A DNA stretch of 16,051 nt from Candidatus Altarchaeum sp. (GTDB lineage Archaea; Altiarchaeota; Altiarchaeia; Altiarchaeales; Altiarchaeaceae): assembly GCA_018260615.1 (NCBI GenBank), contig JAGWDQ010000002.1, forward strand, positions 1-16,051. The letters are read 5' to 3'. The notes beneath the pieces were generated by a model. It did no database searches. It was not told the origin of the DNA and saw nothing but the letters and a program-made list of their open reading frames with translations. Shown here in pieces: positions 7,534 through 14,184 of this stretch; position 1 is the stretch's first letter; each line of letters begins with the position of its first letter. The position numbers and the translations under genes are program-made.

Positions 7534-8055
7534 TTATATAATACTTAAATAATATATTGTTTTAGTAATTAAAATAAATAGAAATCCAATCCCTAAAATA
7601 ACATACCCCCATTTTGTCAACTTGGCCTTTTCCCCTATTATCTTTTGGTTCTTACGATTATTAAGATATACCTCATGGAATAGTGCCAACTTGAAATTAT
7701 AACTTGCTTTTTTTACATATTTCTCGAAAAACTCTTTGACTTCCGGACCAATACAGAAATATCTTTGTCTGTATGCTAAAAAAGATAAGATGCCACTAAT
7801 TACAACTAACAATAAACTCAAACAAAAAAGAGCAGATACGAGCACATTTTCAAAGTTAATTGTCTGTAAAAAGTCTTTTTGTGCCACCATATAAGTTATG
7901 ATTATTCCGATAAATCCCATCATAACTTCTAATGTTCTATTGTATCTATTAAAGGCGTTTTCCTGAACATTGACTTGTCTTATGAGTTCTTCATAAATTG
8001 TATCAATATTGCTTTCAATATTCTCTAATTCTTCCTTTGTCATATTAGGATCCAT
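7534..8055 (-). CDS. Hypothetical 3-TM membrane protein, reminiscent of Pycsar-effector/DUF5706-like membrane proteins
   Basis: Helical N-terminus, two TM segments (VMMGFIGIIITYMV; LVSALFCLSLLLVVISGILSFLAY), a P-containing soluble linker, then N...K and a final TM (WGYVILGIGFLFILI). Family assignment is by architecture only. Confidence 0.45.
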   Translation of the reverse strand: MDPNMTKEELENIESNIDTIYEELIRQVNVQENAFNRYNRTLEVMMGFIGIIITYMVAQKDFLQTINFENVLVSALFCLSLLLVVISGILSFLAYRQRYFCIGPEVKEFFEKYVKKASYNFKLALFHEVYLNNRKNQKIIGEKAKLTKWGYVILGIGFLFILITKTIYYLSII

Positions 8056-8152
8056 TATTCCTTATTTTATGTTATCAGTATTAAGTAAAAACTTAATAAA
8101 TTTACTATAATTAAATGTTGATAATAAATAAAGAGGCAGTTGTAAAATTTAC

Positions 8153-8275
8153 TTATTCAAACGCCGCTGCATAAATGTCCTCAAGTTTTAATATGTTTCC
8201 TTTCTTTTCAAATAACTTTCTTATTATTACCTTTTGTGCCTTATTCTTTATGGTTCCTATCCTCAATGCACCAAT
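8153..8275 (-). pseudogene. Orphan duplicate of the last ~40 codons of mtd
   Basis: 123 nt align ungapped to 8608-8730 with 5 mismatches. Homology stops exactly at the TAA and continues weakly, with indels, to about 8292. Confidence 0.93.
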
Positions 8276-8286
8276 CCAGTTCCCTT

Positions 8287-8424
8287 CTATTTTCCCCCAA
8301 AAATGGCATTCAAAAATGCAAGAAATGTATCCCTTATAGGTGGAACAAATGCCGCTATCACAATAAATATTACTATGATTACGACTGCAAACGCTAATGA
8401 GGGTATTCCCAATATATTAGGCAT
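8287..8424 (-). CDS. Small membrane protein, 45 aa (MPNILGIPSLAFAVVIIVIFIVIAAFVPPIRDTFLAFLNAIFGGK)
   Basis: Read by hand. taaaaa-ATG start context, one clean TM helix and an amphipathic tail. The plus-strand 8234..8431 ORF is its antisense shadow. Confidence 0.7.
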   Translation of the reverse strand: MPNILGIPSLAFAVVIIVIFIVIAAFVPPIRDTFLAFLNAIFGGK

Positions 8425-8607
8425 TTTTTAATATTTTATTAATAATAATTGGACTTCAAAGATAATAAATAAAAATAAAAGGTATCTTCTCAAAATTTCA
8501 GAGTAAAATAAAAATCTGACATTTTTCACCGAAAAATAAAGCCATATAACTAAATTTACCTTGTTTTATTGAGAAGATACAATAAAAGTTTCAAACAAAT
8601 TCAGAAA

Positions 8608-9489
8608 TTATTCAAACGCCGCTGCATAAATGTCCTCAAGTTTCAGTATATTTCCTTTCTTTTCAAATAACTTTCTTATTATTGCCTTTTGTGCCTTATT
8701 CTTTATGGTTCCTATCCGCAATGCACCAATTCCGGTTCTTCCTTCAATTTCTTTGCAGTCATCATTTGCTTCAACACCTTCAATTCCGTAAGGAGGATAT
8801 GCATTAACATCTGCCAGAATTTTAACAAAATTATATTTGCTCCATATCGCTTTACTTACCAATGTGATTTTCGGAGGTCCTGTTGTTACAATTATATTCG
8901 GCTTAAATTCCTCAATTACCTTAATTGTATCTTCATCACTTCTGACTTCATACGCTTTTATATCCGCACTATAAACCTTCCTGACTTTTTCTATTGCATC
9001 CATTGCCCTGTCTAATTTTCTAGATGTTACTGCAACATCCACTCCTTCCTTTATGAGTAATGCGGCTATTCTTAATCCGACGGGACCTGTTCCTGCAAAG
9101 ACAATTGCCTTTTGTCCTTTTAAATTTTCTCCTTTTTTAGTGTATGTTTCCTTAATCTTATACGCACATCCCGCAGCGGTTGTATTTGAGCCATCCGTAT
9201 CAGCAACAATTGACACCTTAAACGGATTGAACATCTGCTTAACTGCAATTTCCATCATTTCATCGCCTTTTACAACATCATGTCCTCCGATAAATATTGC
9301 AGTATTTATCAAATCCTTCGGACTTCTCGGAAATATTATATCATTCACGAGTGCGGGAATTTCTTCGGCAGATACATTCACATACGGTACAACTGCAACA
9401 TCTTCAACCGCATCATACGCCTCTATAATGTCAAACGGGCTTGCGTGCTTTTCCATACTTATATAAAACAACATCTTTTTCATTTTCAT
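8608..9489 (-). CDS. mtdB: NAD(P)-dependent methylene-tetrahydromethanopterin/tetrahydrofolate dehydrogenase (MtdA/MtdB family)
   Basis: N-terminal SPFD..AYDA, IFPRSP and TAIFIGG motifs, DxxGSNTTAA, Rossmann AGTGPVG, TSRK, LADVNAYPPYGIEG, GIGALRIG. Adjacent to mch. The MtdA versus MtdB subtype cannot be resolved by eye. Confidence 0.85.
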   Translation of the reverse strand: MKMKKMLFYISMEKHASPFDIIEAYDAVEDVAVVPYVNVSAEEIPALVNDIIFPRSPKDLINTAIFIGGHDVVKGDEMMEIAVKQMFNPFKVSIVADTDGSNTTAAGCAYKIKETYTKKGENLKGQKAIVFAGTGPVGLRIAALLIKEGVDVAVTSRKLDRAMDAIEKVRKVYSADIKAYEVRSDEDTIKVIEEFKPNIIVTTGPPKITLVSKAIWSKYNFVKILADVNAYPPYGIEGVEANDDCKEIEGRTGIGALRIGTIKNKAQKAIIRKLFEKKGNILKLEDIYAAAFE

Positions 9490-9590
9490 GCTTTCATTTT
9501 TAAAATCTTTTTTTAAAATTTTTGATTATTTTTTTATTTTTTAAAATTTTTAAATTTATTCTAAGGATTACTTTTTTTTCTTTTCGGCGA

Positions 9591-9632
9591 TTTCAAAGCT
9601 TGCCTTTGAAATACAGGAACGAAGTGAGCGTA
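9591..9632. repeat. Repeat array E: two 21-nt modules
   Basis: tttcaaag-CTTGC-ctttgaaa (9591-9611) followed by tacag-GAACGAAGTGA-gcgta (9612-9632). Homologous to the reverse complement of 4744-4785. Confidence 0.85.
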
Positions 9633-9778
9633 GTTTTCTTTTTTTCTAAAAAAGAAAAGTGCAACACACATCTTTTTCATCTTGGTGTTTTTATTTTTTT
9701 ATCTTTCTTTTATTTTTAAAATTTATTTTTAAAATTTATCAAATTTTTACCTGAATTTTTAAATTTACCTTTAAATTT

Positions 9779-10702
9779 TTATAAAATTTTGCTTATTATA
9801 TCATCATTTACATGTCCGCTAACATAGGTCTTATTATTTTCTACATCGTTTATTGTAATTTTTGCAGGTGCAAATATCCCGAGATCTATTTTATAAAAGT
9901 CCCCTCCGGCTTCTGTGAATATATCTTTAAACGGCCTCCCGTAAGCAGGTGAAGATGATGAAGAAACATTGTTAGTTAAATTTTCATCCCAGCCATTAAC
10001 ATTTATTGTAACATCTGCACCATAAATCAGTGCGTCATTTGAAGTGTGCATTATATCTGCATTTAACTTTGGAATCGGAGCAAATCCCTCGCCGCTGATT
10101 GCTTTATTCGTGTCAAATTTAAGATAATCCATTCGGTAAAATCCCATTTCAACAACTCTTGCCAGAACATTTATTAATCCGACCATTGAGTCACCTCTGA
10201 ATGCCCCTACAATAACCTTCTTTGCTTTTGTTTTTTCCAAAATTTTCTTTGCTGTTTCTTCATTCGGCATGACATTTGTTTCCAAAAGAAGTGCTGCTTT
10301 TTCCGGATTTTCAAAATAACCAATACGCTCAATTGTTTCCTTTGGAACTCTTGCTGCTATTTTTGCCGGACCCGAACCAATCAATATTTCAGTTCCGAGC
10401 TTAAGTCGCCATCCTGCCATTTGACAGGAAAGCGTTGCAACAGAAGGATGTTCCGGAATGGACACATAAATTTTGTTACCATTGATAGAAATTTTTCCAA
10501 TACCTCCCATTGCTGCCTCTGCTGCAATTATTCCAAATTTAACATTATTACCCGCATCTTTTGTCCTGTCGGTAACGCCCATATCAAGCACAATTACCTC
10601 TCCGCCTGCACTGCTTTCACCACCTTCAACCTTTATAATTTTTCTTTCGGTTTCAATCGTATCAAGCAGCTCGTATGCCTTTTCATTTACTTCAAGATTC
10701 AT
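9779..10702 (-). CDS. mch: Methenyltetrahydromethanopterin cyclohydrolase
   Basis: LDMGV, AAMGGIG, P.VATLSCQMAGW, GSGPAK, LETNVMP, VLARVVEMG, NDALIYG, SSSSPAYGRPF..IF.EAGGDFYKID.GIFAPA motifs. Confidence 0.95.
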   Translation of the reverse strand: MNLEVNEKAYELLDTIETERKIIKVEGGESSAGGEVIVLDMGVTDRTKDAGNNVKFGIIAAEAAMGGIGKISINGNKIYVSIPEHPSVATLSCQMAGWRLKLGTEILIGSGPAKIAARVPKETIERIGYFENPEKAALLLETNVMPNEETAKKILEKTKAKKVIVGAFRGDSMVGLINVLARVVEMGFYRMDYLKFDTNKAISGEGFAPIPKLNADIMHTSNDALIYGADVTINVNGWDENLTNNVSSSSSPAYGRPFKDIFTEAGGDFYKIDLGIFAPAKITINDVENNKTYVSGHVNDDIISKIL

Positions 10703-10910
10703 TTTATTGATTTAATTAAAATTTTATTAAAAATACATTATTGATTATAAATTATAATATAGAAACAAACTATAAATTGAAATCTAAACTATGTGAAATT
10801 TTGTGTGAAATTTATTATAAATTTATTATCTATATTCTTAATTACTATTCCTAATTATCTAATCAAACAATAATAAATCAAACAATACAAATAAAAAGAA
10901 CAAGTTGAAG

Positions 10911-11150
10911 ATGGAAGAAAATAAATTTATGAAACCTTTGGACGCATTAGGAAACGCTTTGGGCAGAGAAGTGATTGTGAAGACAAAAAACGGGCTTGAA
11001 ATTTCAGGAACACTGAAGGCATTTGACATGCATGTGAATATTGTATTGGGAAATGTCCGTTTTAAAGACAAAGATACGGAAGGAAACATAATTGAAAAAC
11101 GAGTGGAACAAATCTTTATAAGGGGCGATATGATAGTTATGGTAATATAA
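10911..11150 (+). CDS. Sm-like archaeal protein (SmAP1/Lsm)
   Basis: KPLDAL, Sm1 motif (GTLKAFDMHVNIVL) and Sm2 motif (IFIRGDMIVMV), upstream of rpl37e as is usual in archaea. The start could be 10911 or the MKPL ATG further in; the track TTG at 10905 is less likely. Confidence 0.93.
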   Translation: MEENKFMKPLDALGNALGREVIVKTKNGLEISGTLKAFDMHVNIVLGNVRFKDKDTEGNIIEKRVEQIFIRGDMIVMVI

Positions 11151-11180
11151 ATACAAATAAATGCAAAATAATTATAAAAA

Positions 11181-11354
11181 ATGAGTAAGGGAACACCAAG
11201 TTTCGGAAAGCATAATAAAGGGCATGTTCATATTTTATGTGCGCGATGCGGGAAATTTTCATTTCATCATGTAAAAAAAGTGTGTGCATCATGCGGTTTC
11301 GGAAGAAGTAAAAGGATGAGGCCCAGTAAGCAAAAGGATGTAGTAAAGAGGTAA
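11181..11354 (+). CDS. rpl37e: 50S ribosomal protein L37e (57 aa)
   Basis: Translated by hand: [57 protein letters not shown], with a C4 zinc ribbon. Missed by the ORF track. Confidence 0.97.
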   Translation: MSKGTPSFGKHNKGHVHILCARCGKFSFHHVKKVCASCGFGRSKRMRPSKQKDVVKR

Positions 11355-11628
11355 TGAAAATCACCTCATTTTCAAAATCAATAGATTTTGTAAATCCACG
11401 AACGAAGTGAGCGGACTTCGTTCGGAAATTTAAAAAACTCCGGAGGCTGTCTAATAATTCAATTTTAACCTCGCTGTCGTAAAAACCTTCAAGGTTTTTA
11501 GGATACTAAAAATGCTCGTAGCATTTTTACTATCGCAAAAATCTGCAAGATTTTTGGGATATTCAAAAATGCTTGAAGCATTTTTGATATTGCTCGGATA
11601 TTTTCAAAATCTGTTGATTTTGAAAATC
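11355..11628. repeat. Repeat array F
   Basis: Core at 11400-11410, four hairpins at 11480-11500, 11507-11529, 11536-11556 and 11564-11586, and TTTTCAAAATC-tgtt-GATTTTGAAAA near 11601-11626. Confidence 0.9.
11399..11424. terminator. 10-bp perfect inverted repeat downstream of rpl37e (possible terminator or RNA-stabilising hairpin)
   Basis: CGAACGAAGT-gagcgg-ACTTCGTTCG, formed by two opposed core motifs. Function is inferred from position only. Confidence 0.3.
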
Positions 11629-11697
11629 ACACTGAATTTACTCGTAAAAAAGAGGCATTTCAAATTTATTTGAAATATTTAAATCGCACTATGTAGT

Positions 11698-12246
11698 ATG
11701 GAAACAATTATGAAACTCCTCTGCATAACAGGAATGCCCTGTGCAGGAAAAACAACGGCAATAAAAATTTTAAGCAGTAAATTTTCTGTTGTAAGCATGG
11801 GGGATGTTATAAGAAGAGAGATGAAGGAAAAAAACATAGATGAAGATATGAGAGAATACAGCACAGAGCTCAGAAAAAAAGATAAGGGCTATGTGGCAAA
11901 AATCTGCATACCCGAAATAACAGAAATCGCAAAAATTTCAAAGACATGTATCGTTGACGGAATAAGAAATTACGAAGAAGTCGGAGAATTCAGGAAATTA
12001 TATAATGTGGTATTGCTCGCAATTCACGCATCGCCCAAGAAAAGATACGAAAGATTTACAAACAGACAAAGATCCGATGACAACTTGACTTATGACGGAT
12101 TTATAAACCGGGATATTGCCGAATTAAACTGGGGACTGGGAAATGTTATCGCATTAAGTGATTTAATAATTAGCAACGAAGATGATGATGCGGAGAAATT
12201 TAAAGAAAATTTAATTGTCGAAATTTCCCGAATAGAAAAATTATAA
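11698..12246 (+). CDS. P-loop nucleotide kinase, UPF0200 / archaeal COG0237 (dephospho-CoA-kinase-like) family
   Basis: ITGMPCAGKT Walker A, SMGDVIR, VDGIR, HASPKKRYER, R.RSDD, RD..EL.WGLG.VIA.SD motifs. The substrate is not established. Confidence 0.85.
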   Translation: METIMKLLCITGMPCAGKTTAIKILSSKFSVVSMGDVIRREMKEKNIDEDMREYSTELRKKDKGYVAKICIPEITEIAKISKTCIVDGIRNYEEVGEFRKLYNVVLLAIHASPKKRYERFTNRQRSDDNLTYDGFINRDIAELNWGLGNVIALSDLIISNEDDDAEKFKENLIVEISRIEKL

Positions 12247-12376
12247 TAAATTACTTTAAATTTATTAACTAAAAAATATAATTTATTAAAGCAAATAATA
12301 AAGCAAATAAAGATAATAAAAAAATAATAAAAAACAATAAAAAATAACAAAAATAAATAAAAATCAAATATTTAAA

Positions 12377-13114
12377 ATGTTCACCGCAAAAACATCGAAG
12401 GTAAAGGACTTAAAAAGAGCCATAGAATCCGTATCGGTTCTTGTTGATGAAGGTACTTTAAACATATCTTCAAAAGGTATTGATATAAAAGTAATAGACC
12501 CGTCTCAGATAGCAATGGGAATATTAAACATACCCAAGACAATGTTTGAGGACTATACTCTTGAAGGAGATAAGGATTTGGTTGTCGGAATGAATTTTCT
12601 TGAACTTTCAAAGCTGATGAAGAGAGCCCGTTCGGATGATACGGTTGAATTAAAGATTGACAGTAAAATAGGGATTAAATTTAAAGGAAAAACAACCCGG
12701 GACTATGAATTAGGCATTCTTGAAACATCGACACCGTCAAGAGAGCCAAAGATAGAAACAGTTGACGAGATTAAAATTGCAGGAAATTTATTCGCAGACC
12801 ATGTAAAAGATATAGAAATGGTCAGTTCAAAAATAGCAGTTGAATTTAACAGCAAAGGAGTTGTGCTTTCCGCAGAAGGAGATGTAACAGAAGTAACGAT
12901 AGAAATTTCAGATGAAAATTTAATAGAGAAGAATGTGAAGGAAGATGCAAAAGCAACATTTTCAATTGAATATTTAAAAAATTTAATCACCGCGGCAGAT
13001 GCAGATACAATTATCTCATTAAAGCTTAAGACAAATTCTCCGATGGTGTTAGAATATAGTATCGGCGATGGAAACGTAAAATATTATCTGGCACCCCGAA
13101 TTGAAGGTGTTTAA
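12377..13114 (+). CDS. pcn: DNA polymerase sliding clamp (PCNA)
   Basis: 245 aa, with LVDEG, VIDPSQIAM, G.N..EL.KL.KRA, ATFSIEYL, L.L.T.SP..LEY and YYLAPRIE motifs. Confidence 0.97.
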   Translation: MFTAKTSKVKDLKRAIESVSVLVDEGTLNISSKGIDIKVIDPSQIAMGILNIPKTMFEDYTLEGDKDLVVGMNFLELSKLMKRARSDDTVELKIDSKIGIKFKGKTTRDYELGILETSTPSREPKIETVDEIKIAGNLFADHVKDIEMVSSKIAVEFNSKGVVLSAEGDVTEVTIEISDENLIEKNVKEDAKATFSIEYLKNLITAADADTIISLKLKTNSPMVLEYSIGDGNVKYYLAPRIEGV

Positions 13115-13159
13115 TTTGATTAGGATAATAATTAAAAATAAAAATTTTAATATATAAAA

Positions 13160-13396
13160 ATGACAAAGTATGAAATAGGAAGACAAATAGGAAACAGGAA
13201 AGTGATAACGACAAGCGGAGAGCCGGTTGGGCAATTGTATGACCTTGAAATGGAAACAAACGGAAAACTTAATAGTCTGGTAATATTGCCGGATGTAAAT
13301 ACAAAAGCAACATTTCCAAAGGACGATAAGGGAAGGTTTGTTATTCCTTACAGCATGGTCAATGCGATTGGACAATATATTGTAATTAAGGCGTAA
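13160..13396 (+). CDS. PRC-barrel domain protein (CdpB-like)
   Basis: Single-domain 78 aa protein with GRKVITTSGEPVGQLYDL and FVIPYSMVNAIGQYIVI patterns. Confidence 0.85.
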   Translation: MTKYEIGRQIGNRKVITTSGEPVGQLYDLEMETNGKLNSLVILPDVNTKATFPKDDKGRFVIPYSMVNAIGQYIVIKA

Positions 13397-13400
13397 AACA

Positions 13401-13652
13401 ATGAAATATAATGTCGGAGCAACAATAGAGGAGCCGGGAAATAGTACGCTGAATAAAACATCTTCATGGAGAGTGTTGAAACCACTTGTTGAGAATTGTA
13501 CGAAATGCGGATTATGTGCTACATTTTGCCCCGAAGGAATTATTCAGATTAAAGAGAAAGCTGTGATTGATTATGATTATTGCAAAGGATGTGGGATTTG
13601 TGCGGAAGAGTGTCCTGTAAAAGGTATCAAAATGGTCATGGAAACCAAATAA
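13401..13652 (+). CDS. porD: 2-oxoacid:ferredoxin oxidoreductase delta subunit (2x[4Fe-4S])
   Basis: EPGNS..NKTSSWRV.KP, CTKCGLCATFCPEG and DYDYCKGCGICAEECP motifs. Whether it serves the pyruvate or the ketoisovalerate enzyme cannot be determined. Confidence 0.85.
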   Translation: MKYNVGATIEEPGNSTLNKTSSWRVLKPLVENCTKCGLCATFCPEGIIQIKEKAVIDYDYCKGCGICAEECPVKGIKMVMETK

Positions 13653-13702
13653 AACAACAAAATTATTTTAAATTTATTATTTTAAATTTCAGTTAGCGAA
13701 AA

Positions 13703-13795
13703 ATGCCATGCGGAAAAAAAAGAAAAAAGCAAAAGATGCGGAAACATAAATTGGAGAAGCGACAAAAATTATTAAGAAGCCAGCACAGCAGATAA
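13703..13795 (+). CDS. 30-aa basic peptide, bS22/mS38 (AURKAIP1/COX24 C-terminal, DUF1713)-like ribosomal protein (MPCGKKRKKQKMRKHKLEKRQKLLRSQHSR)
   Basis: Read by hand. gaaaa-ATG context, about half Lys/Arg/His. The MP[CS]G[KR]KRK..K...HK..KR pattern matches my recollection of Bacteroidetes/spirochaete bS22. Confidence 0.72.
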   Translation: MPCGKKRKKQKMRKHKLEKRQKLLRSQHSR

Positions 13796-13816
13796 TTGTA
13801 TGGTCTTAAAATTTTC

Positions 13817-14179
13817 ATGATGGATACAAAAAGAGGACTGATAGGAATTGTTGCGGGATTTGTTTTCTATGTTCTTTTTACATCTCCTGATATCGGAAAT
13901 TTTTCATTTTTATTACCTGTTTTTTTATTTTTAACTGGCATCGGAATTGGCTATTTTATAAAGAAATTTAAGGACTGTTTAATATTCGGAGGAATTGCAG
14001 GTCTTATCGGAGTTGTTGTTGTTCTTGCGTTAAATTTTGGATCTTTAGATAATGATTTAATCGGGAAGGCAATTTTAAATGCAATGGGATTATTTTTCGG
14101 ATTCGGATTCGGAGCAATATTATATTACAGGGTTACGAGAAAAAGAAAAATAATGGAGAAAATAAATAAAGGTAAGTAA
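13817..14179 (+). CDS. Hypothetical small membrane protein with four TM helices
   Basis: Four Gly-rich hydrophobic segments and a basic C-terminal tail. ATG at 13817 or 13820 is preferred over the TTG at 13796. Confidence 0.75.
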   Translation: MMDTKRGLIGIVAGFVFYVLFTSPDIGNFSFLLPVFLFLTGIGIGYFIKKFKDCLIFGGIAGLIGVVVVLALNFGSLDNDLIGKAILNAMGLFFGFGFGAILYYRVTRKRKIMEKINKGK

Positions 14180-14184
14180 ATATT

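Noticed and set aside
8234-8431. Plus-strand 65-aa ORF in the track (and its near-twin start at 8689)
   Set aside because: It is the antisense shadow of the 45-aa membrane ORF and the mtd duplicate; the identical N-termini only reflect the duplication.
8153-8730. Diversity-generating retroelement TR/VR pair
   Set aside because: The five mismatches (t/c, a/g, g/a, a/g, t/g) are not confined to adenines of one copy on either strand, most are synonymous, and no reverse transcriptase is present.
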